The position numbers and the translations under genes were made by a program. Shown piece by piece: positions 1-10,427 of a DNA stretch of 64,000 bases (the stretch's first letter is position 1; each line of letters begins with the position of its first letter). The notes beneath the pieces were generated by a model, which saw only the letters and a program-made list of their open reading frames with translations, had not been told where the DNA came from and did not search any database. The stretch is from a virus, in the IMG/VR virus record IMGVR_UViG_3300023184_000030, positions 32,001-96,000 of that record; one strand, given 5' to 3'.

Positions 1-324
1 TGGCTCTTGAGATCTTTTACTCTGGCCATTGAAAAACGATGAGAAGTCTCCGCTTTGAAATGGATTTGTTCCGTTCCAGTATTGTTCAAATGGATTACCA
101 CCACCCGCTCCAGAGAAGGGACTTGGGTTATCATATTTTGATTTTTTGTTTGGGTCAGATAAATTATCATAAGCCTCCGAAACCTCTTTAAATTTTTTCT
201 CCGCTTCAGGATCATTTCCTGTTTTGTCCGGATGATATTTTATAGCTAGCTTTCGGTAAGCCTTTTTTATCTCTTCTGGTGAAGCTCCTCTAGGAACCCC
301 TAATATTTGATAGTAATCTTTCAT
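1..324 (-). CDS. dnaJ: DnaJ co-chaperone (3' end runs off the window)
   Basis: Translated manually from the ATG at 324: [34 protein letters not shown]...[14 protein letters not shown]. This is a J-domain with HPD followed by a G/F-rich region. Absent from the ORF track because it is truncated. Confidence 0.93.
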   Translation of the reverse strand, partial: MKDYYQILGVPRGASPEEIKKAYRKLAIKYHPDKTGNDPEAEKKFKEVSEAYDNLSDPNKKSKYDNPSPFSGAGGGNPFEQYWNGTNPFQSGDFSSFFNGQSKRSQEP

Positions 325-328
325 ATTG

Positions 329-670
329 TTATTCCTGAGATTTAAAAAGGTTTTTTATTCTAGAAATACTAGGAGATTCCTCAATGGATTCCCTGTTTTT
401 CCATCTTTCTTTAAATTCTTTGCTTAAGTCCAGAACTTCCTTACAAACTTCATAATCTTCTAGCTCTTCCCAATAATGGAGGATCCTTTCGGTAAATCCG
501 TCTATCTGAGACTCTTCATTAAACACATAAAGTAAATCTTCGGTTTTGCTTCTCAAAGAATCTATAAAAAGATCCTGAACAGCTCTTTCTATATGCTTCT
601 TTATGACTTCAAACTGAGGGTGCTTCCCTCCGTTTCTGAAATCGTCTATTTGAAAACCACCACTGTGCAT
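329..670 (-). CDS. hypothetical protein with UVR-like C-terminal motif
   Basis: 113 aa ORF tightly packed in the operon; [15 protein letters not shown] resembles the E.YE.C..I.D UVR-type motif. Confidence 0.65.
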   Translation of the reverse strand: MHSGGFQIDDFRNGGKHPQFEVIKKHIERAVQDLFIDSLRSKTEDLLYVFNEESQIDGFTERILHYWEELEDYEVCKEVLDLSKEFKERWKNRESIEESPSISRIKNLFKSQE

Positions 671-673
671 ATT

Positions 674-907
674 TTATATCGAAGATTCATTTAGTATTCC
701 AGCTACAGTGTTGAAATTATCAAGATCATGAAGATCAGTCATTTCTAATCCAGATTCTTTGATAGCAGAATCTGTTTTTTCTTTACTGAAACTGTCGCAA
801 AGATATTCATATCTTACCAAAGCTTCCGTATTACAATCAACGGTATATTTAATTTCTTTTGTATTAAGAATAATATTCTCAAAGTTCTGTATGTTATCTT
901 CCATCAT
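674..907 (-). CDS. hypothetical protein
   Basis: 77 aa ORF with 1-3 nt gaps to its neighbours. Confidence 0.6.
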   Translation of the reverse strand: MMEDNIQNFENIILNTKEIKYTVDCNTEALVRYEYLCDSFSKEKTDSAIKESGLEMTDLHDLDNFNTVAGILNESSI

Positions 908-908
908 T

Positions 909-1823
909 TTAGCGATTTTTATTTTCTTTTAGGAATTTGAGCAAAGCCAAATCCTTCATTTTTACTTCAAACTCTATATCAAAATTAAGTCCATAAGTTT
1001 CGACATTTCCCCATATCCAGTCTGTATGCGCAAGCTCTTTTGATGTTTCATCCTCATAAAGTTTCTTAGAATCCGAGTAGTGTGTAATGGCAGGGATTTC
1101 TTTAGGCCAAGTAGATAGGCATAGAGCTAGTGCTTCTTCCTCATTAAGTATTGACGGGTTACATTGATTATGCAAATAATCAAAGGTAATTGGGATTCCT
1201 ATATTTTTATGTATTAAATGCAACAGATCAACCACTGTATATTGAGATTTCTTATCATCAACTTCAACAACCAGTCTTTTCTTAACAGAATCTGACAGTC
1301 TTTGGAAATTTAAACAAAATCTCTCTGCAGCTTCTTCCTTGGATGGTTGTGTTGTATTTACGTGTATATTTATGGGATAAAATAAACTCCTATCTAAACC
1401 CATCAAATCGAAGATTTCCCCGTGCTGGTTCAATTCTTTTATTGCCTTAGTAACTACAGATGGATTCAGTGAAGCTAAAACCCCATATGGTGATGGATGA
1501 AAAGTTATTCTCTGATCCGTTACCTTTGCAATTAATCCGCAATTTTTCAAGACTCCTACTATCATCGGGTAATCAGGAAGATCTTTTATTTCATATTCTG
1601 AACACCAGGGAAAGATATCGCTTGACATCCTATACATTTTAATCCCGTTATTGCCATTCCACTGTAACACCTTGCTTAGATCCATCACATTCTTCAAAGC
1701 AAGTTCAGAGGCATAAGCAATACCTTTTTCTTCAAAGGTCTTTTTGACCATTCCTCTATTTGTAGAAATTTTGTCTTTCGCTAAACTTAAATTTATACAA
1801 CAATAACCATATCTTCTTTCCAT
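909..1823 (-). CDS. uvsE: UV damage endonuclease UvsE
   Basis: Motifs GYCCIN, MYRMSSDIFPW, RITFHP, NIHV, RLVVEVDDK, PITFDYLH, HYSDS, AHTDWI, EVKMKDLA. Confidence 0.93.
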   Translation of the reverse strand: MERRYGYCCINLSLAKDKISTNRGMVKKTFEEKGIAYASELALKNVMDLSKVLQWNGNNGIKMYRMSSDIFPWCSEYEIKDLPDYPMIVGVLKNCGLIAKVTDQRITFHPSPYGVLASLNPSVVTKAIKELNQHGEIFDLMGLDRSLFYPINIHVNTTQPSKEEAAERFCLNFQRLSDSVKKRLVVEVDDKKSQYTVVDLLHLIHKNIGIPITFDYLHNQCNPSILNEEEALALCLSTWPKEIPAITHYSDSKKLYEDETSKELAHTDWIWGNVETYGLNFDIEFEVKMKDLALLKFLKENKNR

Positions 1824-1827
1824 TCGG

Positions 1828-1860
1828 TAAATATATTAAAATCCCCCGGGATAAAAAAAA
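1828..1860 (-). promoter_or_regulatory. putative class I (host sigma, Bacteroidetes-type) promoter for uvsE
   Basis: T8-N17-TATATTTA, 4 nt before the ATG; same layout as 12798-12829 and 15151-15180. Confidence 0.45.
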
Positions 1861-3648
1861 TTAAACGATGGAACTTAGCCATTTTTTTCTCTCCATCGCA
1901 GACTTACCAAATGCCATATCCAAATGGTACTTAGTTTTCTTGTCTTCAATCAAGATTGTTATCCTTTTATTCTTCATAACATAATCCCAGTCTTCAAGAG
2001 ATAATGAACCAAGACCTTTTAGGTATCTTACGTTTCCTTTATCAGATTTACCAGATCCTTTCTTAAACTCCTCAAGTGAGTAGAAATACTTTTTAGCCTT
2101 ATCCCCAGTAGTAACTAAGGGGGTTTCTAAAAACTGTATTCTCCCTTGCTTGATCATCCAAGGAAACCAAAGATAAAATAGATTTATTAAGAGCGAGGTA
2201 ATGTGTGCCCCATCCGGATCCTGATCTGTAGCTATAACAACCCTATCAAATGGGCATTGAATATTTTGCCCCTCCGGGTCCAGATTTAATATCTGCATCA
2301 ATTCTAATATTTCCCTGTTATCAGAAAGGTCAGATAAACTCCTTGCATTTTTAATCTTTCCCTTTAAGGCATAAACTGCTTCTTTCTTAGGATCTCTTTT
2401 CTGTAATATAGATCCCATGGCGCTAAGTCCTTCCACTATAAAAAGTGTTTCTGGTCTGGAAGATGCAGAAGGAAAATATTTATTTGATTGCTTTATTCTG
2501 ATAGATTTCTTATCTTTTCTAATCTTTTTTAGCTCAGTTTCTTTCTTTCTAGTATCTACCGCCTTCTTAATGTTCTTATAGACCTCACTTTTAAAGAATC
2601 TGGCCAATATAGGATCAAAGTGTTTTGCTATGGTTGGTTCCACTTCTTCTCTCTTAGAAACAAATTTAGTCTTATTCTGATCGCCGAATCTAACTATGCC
2701 TGGCGAAAGATTCAATACTATCAATGTGTCATAAAAATGATGTCCTAAAGAATCGTCCAGCTGTCCATTGATTCTATCAAGTATTATCTTTTGGTGAATT
2801 CCAGTACAAAGAGCACTATTTACAAAAGAGAAAGATCCGGACTCCGAAGTTTTTTCCCAGATTAATATTTCACCTATTGGGGTTTTTGCAGTCCAATCAG
2901 GGGAAAGTAGACTTGTTATATTTTCGGTTTTCCCATCCCAAATAAAATCAATCTTAAGGTTGGTAGTTTTAGATTCGGTTTCTAGTACTCTTTTCTTTAA
3001 ACAAAGGTACGATTTTATTGTTTGGTAATCCCATTTCGAGTTATCAAAAACCTGATGATTGGGTATGAAGGTTACCCTAGTCCCAGTTTGCTTACTCTTT
3101 GCTTTGGGTGTAACCTTAGCAGTAGATGCTTTAAATGTTTTCCAAGTCTGTAAATAAGCTTCTTTTGGATTGACAGTTTCAATCTCAAACATATTCGATA
3201 AGGCATTAACTAAACTAACACCCATACCATTTGTACCTACCAGGGTTTCTGTAATCGAATCATTATCGAAATTGGATCCTGCACGAAGCATAGAAACGGC
3301 AGTTTCGATGTTACTTAGACCGCTCTTTTTGTTTATTGAAGATCCGTTGGTAAATCCGTCACCAGTATCAGTAATAGAAACCGAATTCTCTTTTACGTCA
3401 ACCTCAACTATTATTTTCTTCATCGGCGTAGACATCCTTTTTGCTTCGTCTACTGAGTTTGAAAACACTTCATCGAATAACTTATACATTCCAACCGAAT
3501 GTTCTTTTACGACGCTCTTAATGATGCCTGCGTCAATTATAGGAAGAGTTTCCTCGCTCCTTTTGACACTACCGACATAGATTGTTGGTCTTTTTATAAT
3601 GTGTTCAAAATCCGTAAGGACCTCGATGGTCTTATTAACTTTACTCAT
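1861..3648 (-). CDS. type II DNA topoisomerase large subunit (GHKL ATPase + TOPRIM; T4 gp39+gp60-like)
   Basis: Motifs EHIIKRPTIYVGS, KLFDEVFSNSVDE, DTGDG, GTNGMG, VEGLSA, LKGKIKN, ATDQDPDGAHI, RYLKGLGS. Confidence 0.92.
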   Translation of the reverse strand: MSKVNKTIEVLTDFEHIIKRPTIYVGSVKRSEETLPIIDAGIIKSVVKEHSVGMYKLFDEVFSNSVDEAKRMSTPMKKIIVEVDVKENSVSITDTGDGFTNGSSINKKSGLSNIETAVSMLRAGSNFDNDSITETLVGTNGMGVSLVNALSNMFEIETVNPKEAYLQTWKTFKASTAKVTPKAKSKQTGTRVTFIPNHQVFDNSKWDYQTIKSYLCLKKRVLETESKTTNLKIDFIWDGKTENITSLLSPDWTAKTPIGEILIWEKTSESGSFSFVNSALCTGIHQKIILDRINGQLDDSLGHHFYDTLIVLNLSPGIVRFGDQNKTKFVSKREEVEPTIAKHFDPILARFFKSEVYKNIKKAVDTRKKETELKKIRKDKKSIRIKQSNKYFPSASSRPETLFIVEGLSAMGSILQKRDPKKEAVYALKGKIKNARSLSDLSDNREILELMQILNLDPEGQNIQCPFDRVVIATDQDPDGAHITSLLINLFYLWFPWMIKQGRIQFLETPLVTTGDKAKKYFYSLEEFKKGSGKSDKGNVRYLKGLGSLSLEDWDYVMKNKRITILIEDKKTKYHLDMAFGKSAMERKKWLSSIV

Positions 3649-3684
3649 ATGTTTATGTAATTAGATCTGGCCAATCAGGCCAAG

Positions 3685-3712
3685 ATTATATGACCCGATC
3701 GGTCAAAGTTTC
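3685..3712 (-). promoter_or_regulatory. putative class II (middle) promoter GAAAC-N17-TATAAT
   Basis: GAAAC at 3712-3708 and TATAAT at 3690-3685; the layout recurs before the SET and Hc1 genes. The spacer contains the inverted repeat TGACC-N5-GGTCA. Confidence 0.5.
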
Positions 3713-3715
3713 AAC

Positions 3716-3749
3716 AAAAAACCCCAACATTTAAAAAATATTGGGGTTT
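3716..3749 (-). terminator. intrinsic terminator
   Basis: AAACCCCAATATTT / AAATGTTGGGGTTT stem followed by a T-run, downstream of the 3773 stop. Confidence 0.7.
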
Positions 3750-3772
3750 ATAGTATTTAAGGGTTCAACTAA

Positions 3773-4309
3773 TTAAGCTTTAGTGAAATAAATTTCAAGC
3801 ACTTGATCCGGAGATATCTTAACTGTATAATAGTCTTTTAAGCTTGGCTCTCTTTCAACCTTACCTACAAAAGAAGCTGGGATACCGATTAGATAATCCT
3901 TTCCAATTTCCCTAACAACACCTTCGATAGCATATTCAGAGTCAACAAAAACGTTGATTTCATCTCTATATTCTTCATCTTCCGGTCTGTCAGCTCTTTC
4001 AATTCTGCTACCATGAATAGCTTGTTGTCTTTGAGCCATTCTTGCTCTTTCCTTTGTCATTAGTTCTTTAACATACTCAGGAGCGTTTTTACCTTGAGTT
4101 GGTAAATCTGCAATAACATTAACAGAAGCAAGCTCTCCAGATTCAACTTTAGATAAAAATCCTTCAATAACTGCAGGAATTTGAGTCCATTTAATTTCCA
4201 TTTCTGGTTTAGACTGTGTATTTTTGACGAATTCAGCCTCATCATAAACAGGGATAGCGCCTTCGTTTACTTGATTTTCGTAAGATTCGTATTCTAGTAA
4301 ATGTTTCAT
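3773..4309 (-). CDS. hypothetical protein, putative internal head protein
   Basis: N-terminus MKHLLEYESYENQVNE is capsid-targeting-like; late motif 19 nt upstream. Confidence 0.75.
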   Translation of the reverse strand: MKHLLEYESYENQVNEGAIPVYDEAEFVKNTQSKPEMEIKWTQIPAVIEGFLSKVESGELASVNVIADLPTQGKNAPEYVKELMTKERARMAQRQQAIHGSRIERADRPEDEEYRDEINVFVDSEYAIEGVVREIGKDYLIGIPASFVGKVEREPSLKDYYTVKISPDQVLEIYFTKA

Positions 4310-4328
4310 TAATTTGATATTTTTTCTT

Positions 4329-4336
4329 TATATATC
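4329..4336 (-). promoter_or_regulatory. late-type promoter motif GATATATA
   Basis: Exact octamer in the intergenic gap; one of about 14 copies. Confidence 0.65.
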
Positions 4337-5602
4337 TTATCTTCTCTGCATTTGTTGTGCTTTTTCAGCTGCCTGCATCTGCTGGATCTTCTTCATTTTC
4401 TCTTCTGCACCCTTTTTATAGAAGTCCATATTTTTTCTTAATCTTATCTTCTCATCTTCAGGTAAAGTGTTAAAGAATGGCGCATTTACAATTGCTGCGG
4501 TCTTTTCTACAGATAAATCTGGATTTCCTATGTAATAAGCGCAAAGTGAGTATTCATCCAAAAGTCTCCATTGCCATATTTCTGGCTCAACAAATAAGAT
4601 ATCCCCGGTTCCTCTTGTTTTTATAGCAATATCTCCGTAAGCAAAAGCAATAAGGAATCTTTTTTGATCTCTAAGCTTTCTCATAGTATGGAAAACAGCT
4701 TCTAATCTTTCTGGCCTGTATTCCCAAGCTCTAGAATAACACTCGGTAACTTCCTCGTTAGATGCACCAATTTTCTCTTTGATCTTACCGATCATGTACA
4801 TTGAGTAGTAAACCTCCTCTGGCCATTCCCCCATGTCAATTCTTTTCTGATAAGCTTCAATAGCTTTATCGTGTTGCTCTGAATCTCTATAGCTTTGTGC
4901 TAAATAAAACATGTATCTTGTGTTACTAGGTTCATCTTCTAAAGCTTTTTCTAATATAATAGCATCATTAGCGTATTTCTCTTGCAATGAATTAGCTCTC
5001 TTTAAAGGGGAGATGTCCGCAATAACATAAGCTACCGGAACTATACCCTGTTTAATCTCAGGTTTGTCCAAATGCAGATATTCATGAAGTACCCCTTTAT
5101 AAACCCAGTCCTGATCAGATTTTACAATCTGTACTCTATGATATTGTAAAGCGTTTAATTTATATAGGATTTGATATCCGTCTGGCTCTTTTGTTAATCC
5201 AGCAAATGGATTAGTCCCTATAACTTCAGGGTAGAATGTGTCATCCGCATCTATTATCCACCTGTAATCACATCTTCCTTTTGCTAGTTCCAAACTCTCT
5301 GTTCTATTAACCTCAAAGTTAACCCAAGGTCTTTCGTGAAGTTCACCCTCGATATTAAGTTCCGCCATCGTTTCTCTGATGACATTCAAAGTATTATCCT
5401 TAGATCCTGTATCAACTATAACCCAATACGAAATATACGGTGCAACAGCTTTTAAACATTTTGCTATTGTATCCTCCTCGTCTTTTACTATCATAACCAA
5501 ACATAAAGTGATATCTTGTTTGTTAGATAATGGTTTTGGAATTGATGCAGTAATGGGTTTTATTTTACCCATAGGGACTGCTTTTTTCTTCGATTTATTC
5601 AT
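4337..5602 (-). CDS. GT2 glycosyltransferase with C-terminal TPR repeats
   Basis: LCLVMIVKDEEDTI, VIVDTGSKDNT, IDADD (DxD), GVLHEY, followed by TPR-like RYMFYLAQSYRD. Confidence 0.88.
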   Translation of the reverse strand: MNKSKKKAVPMGKIKPITASIPKPLSNKQDITLCLVMIVKDEEDTIAKCLKAVAPYISYWVIVDTGSKDNTLNVIRETMAELNIEGELHERPWVNFEVNRTESLELAKGRCDYRWIIDADDTFYPEVIGTNPFAGLTKEPDGYQILYKLNALQYHRVQIVKSDQDWVYKGVLHEYLHLDKPEIKQGIVPVAYVIADISPLKRANSLQEKYANDAIILEKALEDEPSNTRYMFYLAQSYRDSEQHDKAIEAYQKRIDMGEWPEEVYYSMYMIGKIKEKIGASNEEVTECYSRAWEYRPERLEAVFHTMRKLRDQKRFLIAFAYGDIAIKTRGTGDILFVEPEIWQWRLLDEYSLCAYYIGNPDLSVEKTAAIVNAPFFNTLPEDEKIRLRKNMDFYKKGAEEKMKKIQQMQAAEKAQQMQRR

Positions 5603-5629
5603 TGGTTGTATATTTTAATTATTATAGAT

Positions 5630-6280
5630 CTATTTTTTGTTTTTCCTCCTCTTTTTTGGAAATAAATTAAATGTATCGAGTTCACCTATTTCATTAAAGG
5701 TTATTGTGATTTCATGTCCGGATTCTTCGCTAGATACACTAATTTTTTTCATGTCCCTATTAAAATCTTTAAGCTTTATTGATTCAACATTTATCTCTGA
5801 GTTTTCATAGAACCAGTATTTTATTTCGTGGTAATTCTTTTCAAAGACTGAGTATGCAAATTTATAATCGCAGTGTGATAGTTTAATCTTAAAAGTTCTA
5901 AGTCTCTTAGAAAAAATCTCTAATGAAATTATGTTGTGCGGATTACCTGATGCTACCAATCTATTTTCCAAATCCAATATAAATAAACACTTATATTCTC
6001 CTATCATGGATGACTTGCTAGATATTTCTGATTTTTCTAATAAGTTCTTTATGCTTTCATATGGATCTTCTGGTGAATATACATCAACAAAGCAAGATAT
6101 TTCCGATGTTTCAAAATCCCTAATTGTTCTCACCTCGAGATCAGGATGTTCCTTAAATATTCCAAGTATTATATTAAGAGAATCCTGTAATAGAATTCTC
6201 TTCTTTTGTATTTGGTTTTTTTCTTCCGAAATCTTTTCTTTTAGAGACCTCACAAAATTCCCAGATATACTTTCTGCCAT
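5630..6280 (-). CDS. hypothetical protein
   Basis: 216 aa ORF in the operon; no motif recognised. Confidence 0.7.
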   Translation of the reverse strand: MAESISGNFVRSLKEKISEEKNQIQKKRILLQDSLNIILGIFKEHPDLEVRTIRDFETSEISCFVDVYSPEDPYESIKNLLEKSEISSKSSMIGEYKCLFILDLENRLVASGNPHNIISLEIFSKRLRTFKIKLSHCDYKFAYSVFEKNYHEIKYWFYENSEINVESIKLKDFNRDMKKISVSSEESGHEITITFNEIGELDTFNLFPKKRRKNKK

Positions 6281-6289
6281 GGTCTAGAT

Positions 6290-6916
6290 TTATTTTTTTG
6301 ATTTCAAACCAAGTCTCTCTCTGACTTGTTTTAGTACTTTATCCTTTCCCTCGTTAGCTTCTACCTTTATAAGCTTACGACTTTTTTGATAAAAGTCTAA
6401 TAATGGAAAAGTCTTCTCGTGATATTCTTTGAATCTTTTCTCGACGATTTCTTCGCTAGCATCATCTTTTCTATTCTCTTCCTTAGCTCTGCTTTTTATT
6501 CTTTCCTTAGCTACCTTATCTGGAAGATCTAGGTAAATTGCATGGTTTAAACCTAAGCCCATTCTACCTAGAAGAGAATCTAGTCTTTTTGCTTGCTTTA
6601 TCGTTCTAGGAAATCCATCAAGAATAACATTAGAACTAGGATCAACCTTTTTAAGTTCTTTCCTAAGAATCTTGATCATCATATTATCGGGAAGTAGATT
6701 TCCAGCATCTATGATTTTTTTTATATCTTCGTCTTCTGAATTTCTTATAAGATCCCCTGTTGACAAATGTATAAAGTTATAGTCTTTTTTTAATTCTTTA
6801 GATAACGTTCCCTTACCTGATCCAGGTGCTCCTAATATAACAAGGATTTTACCCTGGTTATCAGGAAGCTGTCTTTCGTTTAGTGCAAAATCGTCAAAAG
6901 TTTTTATTCTTTCCAT
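6290..6916 (-). CDS. adk: adenylate kinase (short LID) with N-terminal capsid-targeting-like extension
   Basis: Motifs GAPGSGKGT, HLSTGDLIR, LDGFPRT, RKDD. Start moved to ATG 6916 (MERIKTFDDFALNE) to remove the overlap with nrdA. Confidence 0.92.
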   Translation of the reverse strand: MERIKTFDDFALNERQLPDNQGKILVILGAPGSGKGTLSKELKKDYNFIHLSTGDLIRNSEDEDIKKIIDAGNLLPDNMMIKILRKELKKVDPSSNVILDGFPRTIKQAKRLDSLLGRMGLGLNHAIYLDLPDKVAKERIKSRAKEENRKDDASEEIVEKRFKEYHEKTFPLLDFYQKSRKLIKVEANEGKDKVLKQVRERLGLKSKK

Positions 6917-6930
6917 CTTTTTAATATTTT

Positions 6931-9408
6931 TTATGATCCGCAGGCGATACAATCGTCTGGGTTGTCCAAGCTACAAACTATGCCAGAGGTAAGCTCTTCT
7001 GCTGCTTTGCTTAATTCCTCGCTAGTCATGTTTCCTAAGTCTATTTTTTTAGATTCTGTTTCAACGTCCTCCATTCTCTTAAGAGATTCTTTAGCTTTAG
7101 TCATATCTATCCCTAATCCTGCAATTGCGTCAACAGCAGATTTAGTTCTTAGATAGTACATACCAGTTTTAAGTCCTAGCTCCCATGAGTGAAAATGTGC
7201 TGCAGTTAATTTAGCAGAGTTAACACCCTCAATAAATAGATTTAGAGACTGTGACTGGCAAATAAATTTACCTCTATCAGCTGACATTTGAATTAGATCC
7301 TTTTGTTTGATCTCCCATACCGTCTTATAGACCTCTCTGATCTCCTGAGGTATTTGCGGGATACCCTGAACAGATCCTTTATGTAAGATAATAAGATTTT
7401 TCATATCCTCACTCCAAAGGCCTAATGAGATTAGATCCTTAACAAGATGCTTATTAACTAAAATAAATTCTCCGCTTAATGTTCTTCTTGTGTAGATATT
7501 AGATGTGAAAGGTTCGAAAGCTTCGTTATTTCCCATGATCTGAGCTGTTGAAGCAGTTGGCATAGGTGCTAACAATAAAGAATTTCTAGCTCCATTCTTC
7601 ATAACATCTTTTCTTAATTTAGACCAATCCCATCTTCCTGAAAGTTGCTCGTCTTTGAATCCCCAAAGGTTGAATTGGAAATCACCTTTACTTAATGGTG
7701 ATCCGTCGAACGTTTCATATTTACCATCTTTCTTAGCTAATTCCATTGAAGCTGTCATAGCTGCAAAGTATATAGTTTCGAAAACTTCCTCATTAGTTTT
7801 CATAGCTTCTTCGGAAGTAAATGCTATTCTCATATTAGCAAAAAGATCTGCTAATCCTTGAATCCCAATACCGATTGGTCTATGTCTAAAGTTTGATTTC
7901 TTTGTCTCTGGTGTTGGATAATAATTAATATCAATAACTCTATTTAAGTTGACTGTTGTTTGATAAGCAACGTCATATAAGGCTTTATGATCAACTTCAC
8001 ATTTACCTCTGTTAATCTTAGCAGTTCTTGCATCAGTTGATTTTAAGAACTTATTAACAGGTATAGAAGCTAGGTTACAAACTGCTTGCTCGTCTTTATC
8101 TGTATATTCTAATATCTCTGTACAAAGATTTGAACTTTTAATAGTACCAAGATTTTGTTGATTTGATTTTCTGTTAGCAGCATCTTTATAAAGCATATAA
8201 GGTGTTCCAGTTTCGATTTGGGAATCGATCACCTTGGTCCAAAGTTCTCTAGCTTTAATAACCTTTCTTGCTTTACCTGCAGCTTCAGCTTCAATATAAG
8301 CTTTTTCGAATTCATCACCGTAAAGTTCCCAAAGTCCGGGAACGTCGGAAGGAGAGAATAATGACCAATCCTCACTGGCCTTAACTCTCTTCATGAATAA
8401 ATCAGAGATCCAAAGGGCTAGAAAAAGATCTCTTGCTCTTAGTTCTTCTTTACCTGTATTCTTTCTTAGGTCTAAGAAATCTTCAATATCTGCATGCCAG
8501 GGTTCAATATAAATAGCAAATGATCCTTTTCTTTTTCCCCCTCCTTGATCTACGTATCTAGCAGTTTCATTGAATACTTTTAACATCGGAACGATACCAT
8601 TTGATGTGCCGTTTGTTCCTTTGATGTAAGAACCTGTACTTCTAATATTATGTATGGCCAAACCTATACCTCCAGCATTCTGTGATATGGTAGCTACATC
8701 GGTTAAAGTTTTATAAATACCCTGTATAGAATCATCAGACATCGTTAAAAGAAAACAAGAAGATAACTGAGGTTTTCTAGTACCTGCATTAAATAATGTA
8801 GGTGTAGCATGTGTCATCATGTGGGTAGATAAAAGCTCGTATGTTTTAAGAACGTTTTTCGTATCTTCTCCCCAAATTCCAGCAGCAACTCTCATGTACA
8901 TATGTTGAGGACTTTCAGATGGACTCCCGTTCATCTTTAACAGATAACTTTTCTCTAGCGTTTTAAATCCAAAATATTCAAAATTAAAATCTCTCTCATG
9001 AATAATAGCACCATCAAATTTCTGCTTGTTTTTCATGACAGAGCTATAAGTTTCTTCATTAATTAAACCCGCAGGTTGATTAGTTTCTGGATCTATATAA
9101 GAATATAAATCTTGGATTGTCTCCGAGAATTTTTTCTTAGTTGATTTATGTAGTTTAGATACTGCAATTCTAGATGCCAATACGGAATAGTCCGGATGTT
9201 TTGGAATTAAAGAAGCTGCAGTTTCTGCTGCAAGATTATCCAGTTCATCGGTTGTAATACCATCATAAATTCCGGCGATTACTTTTTGTGCTATTTCAAT
9301 AGGATCAATATAATCAGAATTTAGACCATAAGTCATTTTTCTTACTCTATTTGATATCTTCTCGAATCTCACTGGCTCTTTCGAACCATCTCTTTTTATT
9401 ACCTGCAT
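6931..9408 (-). CDS. nrdA: class Ia ribonucleotide reductase alpha subunit with ATP cone
   Basis: Motifs MQVIKRDG, TPTLFNAG, QLSSCF, SNLCTEI, VCNLAS, APMPTASTAQI, KTGMYYLR and C-terminal CIAC. Confidence 0.97.
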   Translation of the reverse strand: MQVIKRDGSKEPVRFEKISNRVRKMTYGLNSDYIDPIEIAQKVIAGIYDGITTDELDNLAAETAASLIPKHPDYSVLASRIAVSKLHKSTKKKFSETIQDLYSYIDPETNQPAGLINEETYSSVMKNKQKFDGAIIHERDFNFEYFGFKTLEKSYLLKMNGSPSESPQHMYMRVAAGIWGEDTKNVLKTYELLSTHMMTHATPTLFNAGTRKPQLSSCFLLTMSDDSIQGIYKTLTDVATISQNAGGIGLAIHNIRSTGSYIKGTNGTSNGIVPMLKVFNETARYVDQGGGKRKGSFAIYIEPWHADIEDFLDLRKNTGKEELRARDLFLALWISDLFMKRVKASEDWSLFSPSDVPGLWELYGDEFEKAYIEAEAAGKARKVIKARELWTKVIDSQIETGTPYMLYKDAANRKSNQQNLGTIKSSNLCTEILEYTDKDEQAVCNLASIPVNKFLKSTDARTAKINRGKCEVDHKALYDVAYQTTVNLNRVIDINYYPTPETKKSNFRHRPIGIGIQGLADLFANMRIAFTSEEAMKTNEEVFETIYFAAMTASMELAKKDGKYETFDGSPLSKGDFQFNLWGFKDEQLSGRWDWSKLRKDVMKNGARNSLLLAPMPTASTAQIMGNNEAFEPFTSNIYTRRTLSGEFILVNKHLVKDLISLGLWSEDMKNLIILHKGSVQGIPQIPQEIREVYKTVWEIKQKDLIQMSADRGKFICQSQSLNLFIEGVNSAKLTAAHFHSWELGLKTGMYYLRTKSAVDAIAGLGIDMTKAKESLKRMEDVETESKKIDLGNMTSEELSKAAEELTSGIVCSLDNPDDCIACGS

Positions 9409-9425
9409 TTTTTAGTTATTTTTAT

Positions 9426-10409
9426 TTAGAAGTCTGTGTCGAAGTCGAACGAATCTTCCGATTTGTTCATCACTCCTGATTTTTGATACTCGCCAACTCT
9501 TTTTTCAAAGAAGTTAGTTTTCCCTTGTAGTGAAATGTTTGCCATGAAATCAAAAGGATTTTCTACATTGTATACTCTAGAACATCCTAAATCCATAAGC
9601 AATCTATCAGCTACAAACTCAAGATATTGTTTCATCAAATCTGAATTCATTCCTATTAGTCTAACTGGAAGTGATTCGGTAATGAACTCTTTTTCAATCT
9701 CTAGAGCGCTCATAATAATTTCTTTGATTCTCTCCTCCGAAACTTTATTTGATAAATGATTGTTATGTAACATAACAGCAAAATCTGTGTGCATTCCTTC
9801 GTCTCTTGAGATTAGCTCATTAGAGAAGGATAGACCTGGCATAAGTCCTCTTTTCTTTAACCAGAAAATAGAACAGAAAGATCCACTAAAGAAAATACCT
9901 TCAACTGCGGCAAACGCCACGACTCTTTCTTGAAAGTGAGGGGAGTCTATCCATTTAAGTGCCCACTCAGCTTTTTTCTTAACAGCAGGAATCGTATCAA
10001 TTGCATGGAGAAGTGTATTTTTTTCTTCTGGGTCCTGGATGTATGTGTCAATTAAAAGAGAATAAGTCTCTGAGTGTATATTCTCCATCATTATTTGGAA
10101 ACTGTAAAAGAACTTTGCCTCCGTGTATTGAACCTCAGATAAGAAGTTCTCAGCCAGATTTTCATTTACTATACCATCTGAAGCTGCAAAGAAAGCTAAA
10201 ACGTTCTTGATGAAATATCTCTCGTCGTCACTTAATCTGTTTCTCCAATCGTTTAAATCCTGTGCCAGATCGATTTCCTCCGCTGTCCATATGCACGCTT
10301 GTTGTTGTTTATACATCTGCCAGATGTCGTGGTGCTCTATTGGAAATAAAACAAACCTATCTGGATTTTCTTGCAGAATAGGCTCAGGTATAGAATAAAG
10401 ATCTTCCAT
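9426..10409 (-). CDS. nrdB: class Ia ribonucleotide reductase beta subunit
   Basis: Motifs [45 protein letters not shown]. Confidence 0.97.
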   Translation of the reverse strand: MEDLYSIPEPILQENPDRFVLFPIEHHDIWQMYKQQQACIWTAEEIDLAQDLNDWRNRLSDDERYFIKNVLAFFAASDGIVNENLAENFLSEVQYTEAKFFYSFQIMMENIHSETYSLLIDTYIQDPEEKNTLLHAIDTIPAVKKKAEWALKWIDSPHFQERVVAFAAVEGIFFSGSFCSIFWLKKRGLMPGLSFSNELISRDEGMHTDFAVMLHNNHLSNKVSEERIKEIIMSALEIEKEFITESLPVRLIGMNSDLMKQYLEFVADRLLMDLGCSRVYNVENPFDFMANISLQGKTNFFEKRVGEYQKSGVMNKSEDSFDFDTDF

Positions 10410-10427
10410 TTTTTTAATTAATTTTTT

